Below, piece by piece: positions 20,801 through 31,198 of a DNA stretch of 64,000 nucleotides. A program made the position numbers and the translations under genes. The stretch comes from an uncultured Planctomycetaceae bacterium. Its GTDB lineage: Bacteria > Planctomycetota > Planctomycetia > Planctomycetales > Planctomycetaceae. Location: assembly GCA_963815195.1 (NCBI GenBank), contig CAWFGE010000013.1:96001-160000 (forward strand), read 5' to 3'. The notes beneath the pieces are model-generated. The model was not told where the DNA came from, made no database searches, and saw only the letters and a program-made list of their open reading frames with translations. Position 1 is the first letter of the stretch; each line of letters starts with the position of its first letter.

Positions 20801-22174
20801 GGCCCGCGTGAACAGAGCGAAGAGTTCATCGATGTCCCAATCCTCGGCGGCGACCTCGGCGACAATTTGCTGAGCGAGCACATCCAGCGGCGCTTCCGGG
20901 ATGATCGTCGTGTCCATCCGCCCCTGATGCACCGCGCGAACGAGAGCCATGCATTCGATCAACTCGTCCCGTGTGAGCGCAAACAATCGGCCTTTGGGGA
21001 CCAATCCCAGCGAGTGCCCCGACCGGCCGATCCGCTGCAGGAACGTGGCGATCGAGCGCGGCGATCCCAGTTGAATCACCAAATCGATGTAGCCCACGTC
21101 CAAACCGAGTTCCAGCGAAGCCGTCGCGACGACGGCTTTCAGTTCGCCGGTTTTCAGCCGTTGCTCGGTCTTCAAGCGGATGTCCGCCGACAGCGAACCA
21201 TGATGGCTGCCGACGTGGTCTTCGCCCAACAGTTCCGTGAGTTGATGCGTGATCCGCTCGGCCAATCGGCGGGTGTTGACGAAGATCAACGTACTCCGGT
21301 GCTGCCCGATGAGTTCGACGATCCGCTGGTTGACCTCGGCCCACTGCTCGTGCATGCAGACCGCGCCCAATTCGCTCGCCGGCACTTCGATCCCCAAATC
21401 CAATTCCCGCCCGTGGCCCACGTCGATAATCGTGCAGTTTTCCTCCCGCTCGCCCACGAGGTAGTCGGCCATCCGCTCGATCGGTTTTTGCGTCGCGGAC
21501 AGGCCGATCCGCTGGAGAGGCCTCCGGGTCACCGCTTCCAAACGTTCGAGCGTGAGCGACCAATGCGAGCCTCGCTTGTCGCGGACCAGGGCGTGGATTT
21601 CATCGACGATCACCGTCTCCACGTTTCGCAGGGTTTCCCGGGCCTTGGGCGAGGTGAGCATCAGATACAGCGATTCCGGCGTGGTCACCAGAATATGCGG
21701 CGGCCGGCGGACGAGAGCCGACCTTTGGGACGATGTGGTATCCCCGGTGCGAAGTCCCACGCGGATCGCGGGTTTGGCACTCCGCGGCGGAAGCAGCAAC
21801 GTCCGTTTGTCGAACAGCGTGCCCGACTCGAACGGAGTGGTCCGGTCTTCTTCAAACGCTTCCTCGGCCAGCGTGAAAATCTCGTCCAGCGGCACCTGGA
21901 GGTTCCGGTGCATGTCGTTGGACAACGCCCTAAGCGGCGAGACATACACCACTCGCGTCGATTCTTCCAAGTGGCCCGCGAACCACTCCTTGAACAACCG
22001 ATCGATGCAGGCGAGAAACGCGGTCAATGTTTTGCCGCTGCCGGTGGGGGCTGCGATCAGGGTATGCTGTCCCGAACCGATCGCCGGCCAGCCTTGTTGC
22101 TGAGGTTCCGTGGGACCGGCGAATCGCCGCTGGAACCACTCGGCGATCAGGGGGTGAAATCCATAAAACGACAT
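17803..22174 (-). CDS. lhr: Lhr-family DEAD/DEAH-box helicase, long form (frameshift near 19040)
   Basis: APTGSGKT, SPLRAL, TTPESL, DEIH, GLSAT and QRIGRSGH motifs. ORF 17803-19041 is the Lhr C-terminal region (LLRRWGVVFR, EARGEIRGGRF). Confidence 0.9.
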
Positions 22175-22227
22175 GGGGACGAACTTTGTGGCAAACAGTC
22201 GGGATTCATTCCATGAGACACCACAAC

Positions 22228-22253
22228 ATTCTACCAAATTAGAACAAATGTTC
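22228..22253 (-). promoter_or_regulatory. Putative lhr promoter (TGnTAGAAT extended -10) with GAAC-N4-GTTC palindrome
   Basis: GAACAAATGTTC at 22242-22253, and TAGAAT on the minus strand at 22233-22228, 54 bp upstream of the start codon. Confidence 0.45.
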
Positions 22254-22623
22254 CAGCACTCGAAATTCTTCTGCAACCGGTTTGACACCCCGCAAACTCA
22301 ACCTATGTTTGCGGTGTTACTCTAATTGATGACCGCGTGCATCCGACGAGCGGACAGCAGGCGTTAGGCGAGTGACTAACACGAACGTTTGGCTGCATCG
22401 CCTTGGCGGTGCGGCCGAATCTCGGGCGCGGCAAGGAAAGCTGGGAGCTTTGAGGGGACCTTGCCGCGCTCATTTCTCTTTCTTCCGCCCGAGAAACTCC
22501 GCTCCGGGCAACGTGCGCCGACTTTTCGGGCTGTAAGCATCGTCCTGCCCGGCGAGCGCGGCTGCCGCCGATGAGAGAACTGTCTCCCCATTCCCCGCAG
22601 TCGAGCGATGGGACGTATCCGCC

Positions 22624-23016
22624 ATGAAAAATCATTTCCGGATGGCCCGGTGGGCGCTCGCGGCGGGATTCGGCGTGATGGTACTCATCGTGTGCTTGCC
22701 GAATCCCCGGCCTTCGCGCTCCTGGCGACTCGCGCAGCAAACCCGGCAGCAACGGCCAAAGCCAGAAGAAGCGGAGGCACAATTGGCAAACCGGCAGGTT
22801 CCCGGCGGCCAAGCGGACAAAACCTTCGCCGGAAATCCCCGCGGACCCTACCGCACCGCGCGCCTGCCCGATCGCTTTGAAGAGCGGTCCCAGGTGAAGC
22901 GCGTTCGCATCCAGGATCCGGTCTTCTTTGAGGATGAGCCGTCGGCCTCCTCAAACCTGGCCCCGGATCCTGTGCATTTGGAACCTCCGCAAGCGCCCTT
23001 CGGGCCAGGCTTTTGA
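22624..23016 (+). CDS. Hypothetical protein with N-terminal hydrophobic segment
   Basis: ORF with a signal/TM-like start (MARWALAAGFGVMVLIVCL). No recognisable domain. Confidence 0.45.
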   Translation: MKNHFRMARWALAAGFGVMVLIVCLPNPRPSRSWRLAQQTRQQRPKPEEAEAQLANRQVPGGQADKTFAGNPRGPYRTARLPDRFEERSQVKRVRIQDPVFFEDEPSASSNLAPDPVHLEPPQAPFGPGF

Positions 23017-23017
23017 A

Positions 23018-23257
23018 TCAGGACATTTGCCGAGGGAGGCCCGCGGCCGATTTCCGGCGGTCGAGGGCGATGGCTTCCTCCAAGAGATCGATCGCTCCAT
23101 CTAAATGGTCGGGCTCCATTTCCAGGACAAGCCGCAGGCTTTGCAGGATTTCTTGCAGATTGACGTTGGAACGCTGATCGCGCGGACGGCGCGTGCAAGA
23201 GCGAGAGCGGTCGTCGGTGGGGGAGAACATCAGGATCCTTGCCTCGAAGTTGGTCAT
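23018..23257 (-). CDS. Small hypothetical protein
   Basis: Amphipathic stretch NLQEILQSLRLVLEMEPDHLDGAIDLLEEAIAL. Start uncertain. Confidence 0.35.
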   Translation of the reverse strand: MTNFEARILMFSPTDDRSRSCTRRPRDQRSNVNLQEILQSLRLVLEMEPDHLDGAIDLLEEAIALDRRKSAAGLPRQMS

Positions 23258-23502
23258 TGGTGGAAGTTCATGCGACTAACTTCTGAATGACCAACGCCCC
23301 TCAAAACCCGACACGCGACTTGGGGCCGGGCATCCATTCGTGCTTTCTTTCGATTGTTCCACCACCGGACACGTCAATCTCCGTTGTCGTCAACTCGAAG
23401 GGCACTTTGTCATCCGGAAACTGGACGGAAACTTTCGCCGACCCGGCCACGATGCCTGTTGCACCGTCAAAATCACAAGGCGGAATTTGCGACCGTTGGA
23501 AT

Positions 23503-26337
23503 TCATAGAATCTGGAGTCCCTTGGGGAGCGATTCGCCGAAGATCAGGGTTTGTTCCTCGGCTTCCAGGGTGCCCACGTTTTCGATCAGCGCTTGAAAAT
23601 GGGCGGGGGCATCGCGCCGGTCGAGCCAGGCGAGGATCCGCTCGCGGGCTTTGGGCGAGACATCGCGGAAGCGGTCCTCGGTCCGGCGGGCGATCTGCAT
23701 AATCGCCAACGGGACCATCGGATCGTCGAAGTCGTCTTCCATCAACCGCTCGGTCCAGGCCTCGGCTTCGTGCGCGGGGATCACTCCATTGAGCGGGCCA
23801 TACAAGGGCATGCGGGCTCCCAATCGCCCAATGGCCCAGATCATGGCCGGGCGCACGGCTTCCAGTTTGGGCCGGCTGTAAAGACCCAAAATCATGCCCC
23901 CGAGTTCCAGTTTGCCGCCGACGCCGAGGCGTTCAAACGAACCGAGCATCCGCCAGATCTCGGCCTGCTCGTGGGTGTTGGAAGACAAGCCCGCTCCGCC
24001 TTTGCCGCGGCCGGTCGTCATCTGCTTGTGCATCTGCCGGATGGGAGCCAAGAGCGGCGATGCCAGCGCAATCTGCTGCCCGCTCGCCAGGCCGCCGCCG
24101 ATCCGCCGCCACAAAATCCACCACTCGGCCCGGCAGTGGGGGACGCCGTGCACGAGTTTGCCGTTCAATGCTTTCCACGTCTCCGCGACCCGCCAATCGT
24201 CGAGGGCCAATCCGTAGCCCGGCCGGAGCGAAAAGCCCAGCAGGTTCAGCCAGCGGGCTTCGTGGTCGGCGGATTTGCGGCGGCCGTCTTCGCGGTCCAT
24301 CAGGGCTTCCCAGATATTCCTGAGGAGTGACGAGGGCCATTCCAAGCGGCTGAGTTCGATCGACTTCGCGATTCGTTTGGCGAGGGCCGAGGGCTTGTCT
24401 TTTCCGGTTTTCCCGAACACGCCTGCGATGATTGCCAGCGTCTCGTTCCAGGCTTCCTCGTCCAAGACGCCTTCCTGCTCGGCGGCGGATTCGTGGGCGG
24501 CGATGTCGGTTTGCGTGGCGCTTCGGATGTCGAATTGCAGCCGCCAACTGCGGTTGCCCTCCGCCTCCCGGCACCCAAGTTCCAACGTGCCGATCTCGGT
24601 CAACCGGGCGTTCAAGACAATCGAAACCCGCTCGGCGAGGTTCTTTTTGCGGGTCTTGAGCACCGTGCGGATCGGCGGCAGGGCTTTCATTTGTTCGGGA
24701 TCGATGGGGACGAGTTCGCCCGCGCGGTCGGTGAGCCTCGTGCTCGAAACATAGAGCGGAAACTCGATCGGCTCGGACACGCGGAGCGAAAATTTCTGCT
24801 CGGTGATCTCCACGTCTTCGCCGGGCTCGGCACTGGCGGGCATCAAGCACAGGGCTTGATTGTCGGTGCCCGCGACGCCGACGTAATATGTCCGCGCGAG
24901 TCCCGCCGCGATGCGGACGCCCTCGCCCCGCCGAACCATGCCGTAATAAGACGCCCCCTGGGCAACCGCCAAATCCAAGCGTTCGTTCCGCAGGATCACA
25001 GGCTGCCAGTCCGGCTCGGCGGGCGTGGGAAACCAGGACGATAAGACGTCCAACAGCCGCCGGCGAAGCACTTCGGAAGCGAAAAACCCGCCGTTGAACA
25101 GCACGATGTCCGGGCGGGCGGGATCGTGGTCGGTGGGGAGTTCCTCGTCGCCGACGGTGACGTGCCGATGCGCGGTGAGGAACGCCGCGAGATACCGGGT
25201 GATCGCGGCGTCGGATGCGTAAGGCAGGCCAAACTCTTGAAAGCCCGACCGCCGAGCCTGGGGTTTGTCATCCAAGCCAACTTGAGGTAAGAAGCCTTCG
25301 AGCAGCACCTTGAGCGACTCGTCGCGGGTGACTTCGACTTGGAGTCCGCCGCCGATCAATCGGCTGCCGCTTCCGGGGAGATTCACCGTCAACCGGTCGG
25401 GAGCGTTCGCGCCGAGCAGGGTTTCCTTGACGTGCCGGCAGGCTTGCACGAGCACCGACCATTGCCGGGGTTCGAGCTTGCCGTCGCCTTTGAGTTTGCG
25501 TTCGAGATGATGCGCAAGCGCGAGGTCCAGGTTATCGCCGCCCAGGATCAGATGCTCGCCCACGGCCACGCGGTGGAACTGGATTTTATCGCCTTCGCCC
25601 TTACGGACGCGGATCAAGGTGAAGTCGGACGTGCCGCCGCCGATGTCTGCGATCAAAATCTTCTGCCCGGGGGCGACCAGGTCTTCCCAGGTGTCCTTGT
25701 GGGAATCGATCCAGGCGTAGAACGCGGCCTGTGGTTCTTCGATCAACACGACCCGCGGCAATCCCGCTTGCCGGGCCGCTTGAACGGTGAGTTCGCGGGC
25801 GACTTCATCGAAGGAAGCCGGCAGCGTGAGCACGATGTCCTGCTCCGCGAGCGGATTCTCGGAGTAGCGGTGATCCCACGCAGCGCGGAGATGCGCGAGA
25901 TACCGGGAGCTGACTTCCACAGGCGACAGCCGGGCCACGTCCGCCGCCCCGTGCCAAGGCAACAGCTCTTGGGTGCGATCGACGCCGGTGTGACACAGCC
26001 AACTCTTGGCGGAATCGATCACCCGCCCCGGCACGAGCCGGCCCTGCTCCCGCGCGAACACGCCGACCGCCGTGGCCCGACCCTTTTGCCAGGGCAGATC
26101 GAGCGAGGGTTCGGGAAACTCGCCCGTGGCGGATTCGTAATGGAATGACGGCAAGGTTTCCCGCGCGTCCACCTGTCCCGGGGCGACGAGTTGCGGCACA
26201 GAAAAGGTGCGGACTTTCCAAGCCTCGGCCGCGGTGTCCACAAAGGTCATCGCCGAGTTGGTGGTGCCCAAGTCGATGCCTACCACATACCGGCTCGCCT
26301 GCGTTTCCTGTCCCGCCAACCGCGTATCATCCGCCAC
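23503..26337 (-). CDS. Hsp70-family protein with C-terminal DUF3731-like extension (not canonical DnaK)
   Basis: VGIDLGTTNS, TLPASFDE, EEPQAA, DIGGGTSD and LGGDNLD motifs. C-terminal RWLNLLGFSLRPGYG and FGESLPKGL. Confidence 0.88.
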   Translation of the reverse strand: MADDTRLAGQETQASRYVVGIDLGTTNSAMTFVDTAAEAWKVRTFSVPQLVAPGQVDARETLPSFHYESATGEFPEPSLDLPWQKGRATAVGVFAREQGRLVPGRVIDSAKSWLCHTGVDRTQELLPWHGAADVARLSPVEVSSRYLAHLRAAWDHRYSENPLAEQDIVLTLPASFDEVARELTVQAARQAGLPRVVLIEEPQAAFYAWIDSHKDTWEDLVAPGQKILIADIGGGTSDFTLIRVRKGEGDKIQFHRVAVGEHLILGGDNLDLALAHHLERKLKGDGKLEPRQWSVLVQACRHVKETLLGANAPDRLTVNLPGSGSRLIGGGLQVEVTRDESLKVLLEGFLPQVGLDDKPQARRSGFQEFGLPYASDAAITRYLAAFLTAHRHVTVGDEELPTDHDPARPDIVLFNGGFFASEVLRRRLLDVLSSWFPTPAEPDWQPVILRNERLDLAVAQGASYYGMVRRGEGVRIAAGLARTYYVGVAGTDNQALCLMPASAEPGEDVEITEQKFSLRVSEPIEFPLYVSSTRLTDRAGELVPIDPEQMKALPPIRTVLKTRKKNLAERVSIVLNARLTEIGTLELGCREAEGNRSWRLQFDIRSATQTDIAAHESAAEQEGVLDEEAWNETLAIIAGVFGKTGKDKPSALAKRIAKSIELSRLEWPSSLLRNIWEALMDREDGRRKSADHEARWLNLLGFSLRPGYGLALDDWRVAETWKALNGKLVHGVPHCRAEWWILWRRIGGGLASGQQIALASPLLAPIRQMHKQMTTGRGKGGAGLSSNTHEQAEIWRMLGSFERLGVGGKLELGGMILGLYSRPKLEAVRPAMIWAIGRLGARMPLYGPLNGVIPAHEAEAWTERLMEDDFDDPMVPLAIMQIARRTEDRFRDVSPKARERILAWLDRRDAPAHFQALIENVGTLEAEEQTLIFGESLPKGLQIL

Positions 26338-26442
26338 GTTGCCGATCCGTTCGTTCCAGCCGAGCGGAACAACCTGCGGCCGGTGTCCGCGTCAGCCCAA
26401 GCCCCTCATCATCATGCCATAACGTCCATTCCATGATAGTGA

Positions 26443-27894
26443 CTACCCAAACGCCTTGAATAGCCCCACTGCAATCCCCGCCAGGAGGCCCAGGCCCAAA
26501 CCGACATAGAGCAGCGTGAGTGCCACGTCCTGGCCCTTTTTGGTGGCCGAGGTCGCCGGGGGCGTGCTTGCGCTGGGCGATTGGGAATGCGAGCCGGTCG
26601 CGGAGTAACCGGCATTGGAGTTGTTGCGGCGGGCGTTGCAATTGGGGCAGGTGTCCATCCTTTGGTTTTTGCGTGTCCAGGTATGCCCGCAGACGTTGCA
26701 GCGGAATTCGTAAGTGTCCTTGCAGTTCGGGCAGAACGAGACGGGCGAGCTGCCGGTCCAATCCCGTCCGCAGTGATCGCAATGGAACTTGTATTCGGGG
26801 AACAGACTCCCCCGGCTTCGCGGGAACCGCGAGGAGAACCCGTCGCCGTGCCCGCCCGCGTCCTCATTGCCCGATTCCCCGTGTCCCCCTGCACCAAAGG
26901 GGCCGCGGGAGAATGGGCTGCGCGAGAACGGCGAGCCGCTCGTCATCTGCGATGGCCGTTCGGCGGCGGCCTGGCGGGCGCGCGCGGCGGCGGCCTCGGC
27001 CCGGCGGCGAAGCTCGGTTTTGATCCAGTCGCGATCGTTCTCCGACAGTCCCGCCAGCGGATATTCCAACTTCTCGCCGTTCTTTTCGATGACCACGCTT
27101 TTGTCTTTGACGCCCTCGAATTTTCCCACCAGCGGAACGTCTCGCCGGTCGGTCCACACGCGGTAGCCTTTTTCGACTTCCTCCGGCGTCAGGCTCTGAA
27201 AACCGCTGCCTTCCGGAAACACCGGCCGGGCAAAATCTTTCGCCAGCACCTGCTTGACGTAGGTGATGTCGTCCTGGGAAAAGTTTACGACCGCAAATTC
27301 CTGCGCGGCTCCGCTGGCTTGCTTCAGCCGCAAAAAGCCCGGCGCCAAGACGCGGTCGAACCGCGCGGGCACTTTGAGCCCGGTCAGGTTCGTCCATGTC
27401 CGCACCTGATCCTCCACCAGCAATTCCGGCGAAGGCAGGGGCAGCCCGTACATCTCGGTCTCGACCGCAGGTTGTTGGAGGGGAAGATTCGGCACCGGGA
27501 CGTTCGGCGGAAAATTCCCGGCCACGGGCGGATAGCCCCCGATCGGCGGCGGGTTCGTCCCGTCGCCCTCCGCGCCATTCGCCGGTTTGACCGGCAGCCG
27601 ATCGGGATCGATGACGGGCTTGTTGTTCTCGGCGGCCATCAGCTGCAACAGCAAATCCTGTTGCCGGCGTTTGAGCATCAAGTCCACCAGATAATCCCGG
27701 TCCGCCAGGCTGAGGTCCGACAAGCTGACGCGCATCCGCTGACTGCCCGCCTTGAGGACGACTTTCCCATTCAAGACGCCGGTGTAGTCGGCCTTGATCT
27801 CATTTCCTTTGCGGTCTTTCCACGTGCGGGTCGCCCCGACACCCGAACCCTGCCACAAAACCAACAACGCCAATGCAAAGAGAGAAATTCTCAT
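26443..27894 (-). CDS. Exported, C-terminally anchored protein with three SHD1-like repeats and two C4 zinc-ribbon motifs
   Basis: Signal peptide. Repeats RTWKDRKG, RTWTNLTG and RVWTDRRD, each ending in an (L/F)SxxD motif. CDHC..CPNC and CNVC..CPNC. C-terminal TM helix. Confidence 0.75.
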   Translation of the reverse strand: MRISLFALALLVLWQGSGVGATRTWKDRKGNEIKADYTGVLNGKVVLKAGSQRMRVSLSDLSLADRDYLVDLMLKRRQQDLLLQLMAAENNKPVIDPDRLPVKPANGAEGDGTNPPPIGGYPPVAGNFPPNVPVPNLPLQQPAVETEMYGLPLPSPELLVEDQVRTWTNLTGLKVPARFDRVLAPGFLRLKQASGAAQEFAVVNFSQDDITYVKQVLAKDFARPVFPEGSGFQSLTPEEVEKGYRVWTDRRDVPLVGKFEGVKDKSVVIEKNGEKLEYPLAGLSENDRDWIKTELRRRAEAAAARARQAAAERPSQMTSGSPFSRSPFSRGPFGAGGHGESGNEDAGGHGDGFSSRFPRSRGSLFPEYKFHCDHCGRDWTGSSPVSFCPNCKDTYEFRCNVCGHTWTRKNQRMDTCPNCNARRNNSNAGYSATGSHSQSPSASTPPATSATKKGQDVALTLLYVGLGLGLLAGIAVGLFKAFG

Positions 27895-28115
27895 AAGCCT
27901 GAGTTCTCCAATAAGAATTCGACTGGAGAGTAAAAATGAGAAGTGCAAAAGAGCAAAACCTGCGACGCAGCCGGCCCCAAACAAGTTCCCGCAAATTTGG
28001 AAAGCCGGCGCGGAAAGTGCCCAAGAGAATCCCCGTCATCCTACTCAAAGCCCCCGCGGAATTCCAGAGGCGAAATGTGCTTTTGATTAGTCGCTTTCCG
28101 CGGCGAGCCAATCGC

Positions 28116-28178
28116 GGAGAGTCAAGAGCCGGAAACCAAAATGGATCGGCTCTTGGCTCTCCGCTCTTAGCCCTCCGC
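28116..28178. repeat. Hairpin of 7-bp-period units downstream of the M42 peptidase gene
   Basis: ggagagtcaagagccg / cggctcttggctctcc, continuing ctcttag ccctccg. Confidence 0.55.
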
Positions 28179-28184
28179 CTAACC

Positions 28185-29246
28185 TCACCGCGGGGTCAGG
28201 TCGCTGGTTTCGTCGAGGCTTAGACAGAATTGGGCGATGAGCCGGGCGGCGTTTTCCAGGTCTTTGAGGGACACGACTTCCACCGGGCTGTGCATGTAGC
28301 GGTTGGGAATGCCGATGAGGCCCGTGGCCACGCCGCCGCGGTTGATCTGCATGACGTTGCCGTCGTTCGAGGCGGCCCGCGAGATGCCGTTGACCTGCAT
28401 GGGAATTTCGTGCTTCCGGGCAAGATGGGCGAGCGTCTCGAACACGACGGGGTTGACGTTGGGCCCGCGGAACACGACCGGGCCTTGGCCGACCAGCACG
28501 CGGCCGAACTGGTTCTGATCGATGCCGGGGCAATCGGTGGCGTGGGTGACATCGACCGCGATGCCGACTTGGGGGTCGATCGTAAAGGCGCTGGTTTTCG
28601 CCCCGCGGAGGCCGATTTCCTCCTGCACGGTGGAGACGGCGAACACCGCGGCTTTGGGGTTCTGTTTTTGGATGAGCCGCAAGGCCTCAAACACGACCCA
28701 CACGCCGACCCGGTCGTCCATTCCCGCAGCGCTCGCCAGGTCGTTTCGCAGCGGATGAAAGCCCAGTTCCAACGTCACGGGATCGCCGATGGCGACGGCA
28801 TCGCGGGCCTCGGCTTCATTCTTGGCCCCGATGTCCAACCACAATTCCTGGATTTTCGGAACCTGCTTGCGTTCCTCTTCGGTCAGGAGGTGAATCGCTT
28901 TTCTGGCGATGACCCCGACGACGGGACCGGCTTTCGTCCAAACCTGCAATCGTTGCCCGATCAGCATTTGCATGTCCCATCCGCCGATGGGACTGACGCG
29001 GACAAAGCCCATCTCGTCAATGTGCTGCACGAGGAGCCCGATCTGGTCGCAATGCCCGGCCAGCATGATCCGGGGTCGTCCCGCGGGGTGGACCGCCGCG
29101 GCAACGTTCCCGTGCCAATCGGTGTTAATCTCATCGGCGAAAGGAGTTGCGAAATCGCGCACCACCTGCTGAATGCGGGCTTCGTAACCGGAAGGGCCGG
29201 GCGAATTGAGGAGATTTTTCAAGAATTCCAGGGAAGCGTTGTCCAT
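28185..29246 (-). CDS. M42-family metallo-aminopeptidase
   Basis: GPSGYE, AGHCDQIG, MDDRVG, VQEEIGLRGA and RYMHSPVE motifs. GGAGGT RBS before the ATG at 29246. Confidence 0.93.
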   Translation of the reverse strand: MDNASLEFLKNLLNSPGPSGYEARIQQVVRDFATPFADEINTDWHGNVAAAVHPAGRPRIMLAGHCDQIGLLVQHIDEMGFVRVSPIGGWDMQMLIGQRLQVWTKAGPVVGVIARKAIHLLTEEERKQVPKIQELWLDIGAKNEAEARDAVAIGDPVTLELGFHPLRNDLASAAGMDDRVGVWVVFEALRLIQKQNPKAAVFAVSTVQEEIGLRGAKTSAFTIDPQVGIAVDVTHATDCPGIDQNQFGRVLVGQGPVVFRGPNVNPVVFETLAHLARKHEIPMQVNGISRAASNDGNVMQINRGGVATGLIGIPNRYMHSPVEVVSLKDLENAARLIAQFCLSLDETSDLTPR

Positions 29247-29862
29247 CGGGACCTCCATTTGGGACGCGGGCGGGATCGGGGAAAAACTGAACGGGAACCG
29301 GGTGAAACTCGGGGATGGTCGAGCGATTTATGTCACATGACAGATTGAGGCTTAACGGTATGGAATTCAATGGTTTATGAAAGTTTGCAGAAATTGAGAC
29401 TTTCCACGGGAAAACATTTGACGCTCTGCATGGCGAACACTAAATTAGTGAGGATCAATCTATCGATTTTTGGGTTGGCGAGCATTGTAGCATCCTGGAC
29501 GAGCCGAAACACCCAACCCGTTTGAGGGCCCGCCGGAAAGTTGGGCCGATTTGAATTTGCCCTATTTCACATCATTCCCACTTTGATCAGGAAAGCGATG
29601 TAAGCCAAACACGGATGGACGCTGACACGGGTGAATCGCGTGTTTTTCTCCCCCGCTTGGGCGAGAGACACCACAGCTTCTCCACCATGCCGGTGGTTGT
29701 TTGGGGGTAAGGCACTCCCGGGCTTCACCCTTCTTCCCTTTTCCCATTTCAGGTAGGAATTCCTAACGAGCGAGAACATAAGCGAATTCTGCGGCAGTCA
29801 GGCTCTGGCAAAGGGCTAAAGCCTCATTCAACGCCGTTTCTATTCAACAGGGAGGAAAGAGT

Positions 29863-30120
29863 ATGACCCTGCGAATGATGTCTGACGCAACGTCGGAACT
29901 GACCGAACTGGTCGAACGTGTGATCCGGAACCGCACCGGAGGGCAAATTCGGGAACTGCGGGTGGATGTGTTCAACGGAGAGGTGATCCTCTCCGGGCAG
30001 ACCACCACCTACTACACCAAGCAATTGGCCACTCACGCGGCCCTCGATGCGGTCGAAAAGGAAATCGTTGGCAGGGACATGCCCTCGCTTTCGCTGACGA
30101 ATGACATTCGCGTCTGCTAA
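29863..30120 (+). CDS. Small BON-domain-like protein
   Basis: IRELRVDVFNGEVILSGQTTTYYTKQLA...LTNDIRV, with GGAGG RBS. Confidence 0.75.
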   Translation: MTLRMMSDATSELTELVERVIRNRTGGQIRELRVDVFNGEVILSGQTTTYYTKQLATHAALDAVEKEIVGRDMPSLSLTNDIRVC

Positions 30121-30256
30121 AGCGAGATTGTTTTGCCCATCGGGATCGAGCGGATTCACGGTTTGCTCGATCCTTTCTTTTGCGACCGCGCCCTGGCGCC
30201 CGTTGGCGAGAACCCTGCAAGGATGCCCCCTCTTGCACGATGCAAACTCGCACTCT

Positions 30257-31072
30257 CTAAACTTCATTCCTCGCATCGCTGCGGCCGGTCGCTCTTTTTT
30301 TCCTCACGCCGACTCTTGCTCTTCCCGCGCAGGCTTCCTCCGGCGTCCTTGGCCGGCGAAGCTCCATCACCCCCTCGCTGTGACCCCCGTGTGCTTTCCC
30401 GTTCGCGGAACCGGCACCGGTCTCGCCGAACTTCGGCTCCTCGCCGCGAAGCAGCCGCTTTAAGTTCTTCTTGTGGCAGAACACGATCACCAATGGCATC
30501 AAGACGGCAAACAGCGTCCGGCTGAGTTCCTCCGCCCTAAGCAGGCTTTTTTTCTGCACGTACGAGACGATCAAGAGATGGGAGGCGGAGAACATCAACG
30601 CCGCCGCGAGCGAGGCCAACGAGCCGATCCGCTTCCACCACAGCACAAAACCATAAACCGCGACGGCGACCAGCGTCGCTTGGGGGGAGATCATCAGCAC
30701 CACCCCCGCCGAAGTCGCCACGCCTTTGCCGCCGCGAAACTTCAGCCACACGGGAAAAATGTGGCCCAAGACCGTCGCCACGCCGCAGATCACTTCAAAG
30801 TGCATCTGCCATTGGCTGAAATCCTCCCCATTCAACAGTATCCGGGGCAAGAGGTACACCGGCAGAAAGCCTTTGACGGCGTCCAACACAAACACCAGAA
30901 TGCCCCACCGGGCTCCCAGCGTGCGGGCGACGTTGGTCGCTCCGATGTTGCCGCTGCCTTGGGTCCGGATGTCGGTGCCTTTGAAGATTTTCGCCACCAG
31001 AAACCCGAAGGGCAGCGAACCGATCAGGTAGGCGATGCTGGCTGCAACCACTGCGGAGGTGAGAATGCTCAT
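30257..31072 (-). CDS. plsY: Glycerol-3-phosphate acyltransferase PlsY
   Basis: YLIGSLPFG, GSGNIGATN, DAVKG, GHIFP, FRGGKGVAT and HKKNLKRL motifs. The extreme C-terminus may be over-extended. Confidence 0.93.
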   Translation of the reverse strand: MSILTSAVVAASIAYLIGSLPFGFLVAKIFKGTDIRTQGSGNIGATNVARTLGARWGILVFVLDAVKGFLPVYLLPRILLNGEDFSQWQMHFEVICGVATVLGHIFPVWLKFRGGKGVATSAGVVLMISPQATLVAVAVYGFVLWWKRIGSLASLAAALMFSASHLLIVSYVQKKSLLRAEELSRTLFAVLMPLVIVFCHKKNLKRLLRGEEPKFGETGAGSANGKAHGGHSEGVMELRRPRTPEEACAGRARVGVRKKRATGRSDARNEV

Positions 31073-31198
31073 GAACGTGTTGTCGCCGCTGAAATGAAGC
31101 GCCGGGCAGCCGGGAGTTGTGAACAAAACCAAATACGACTGTATCGCAAGTCGCCGGAAAATCGCAACTGAATTTTGTCGCCGACTCGGCCGGTTTCC

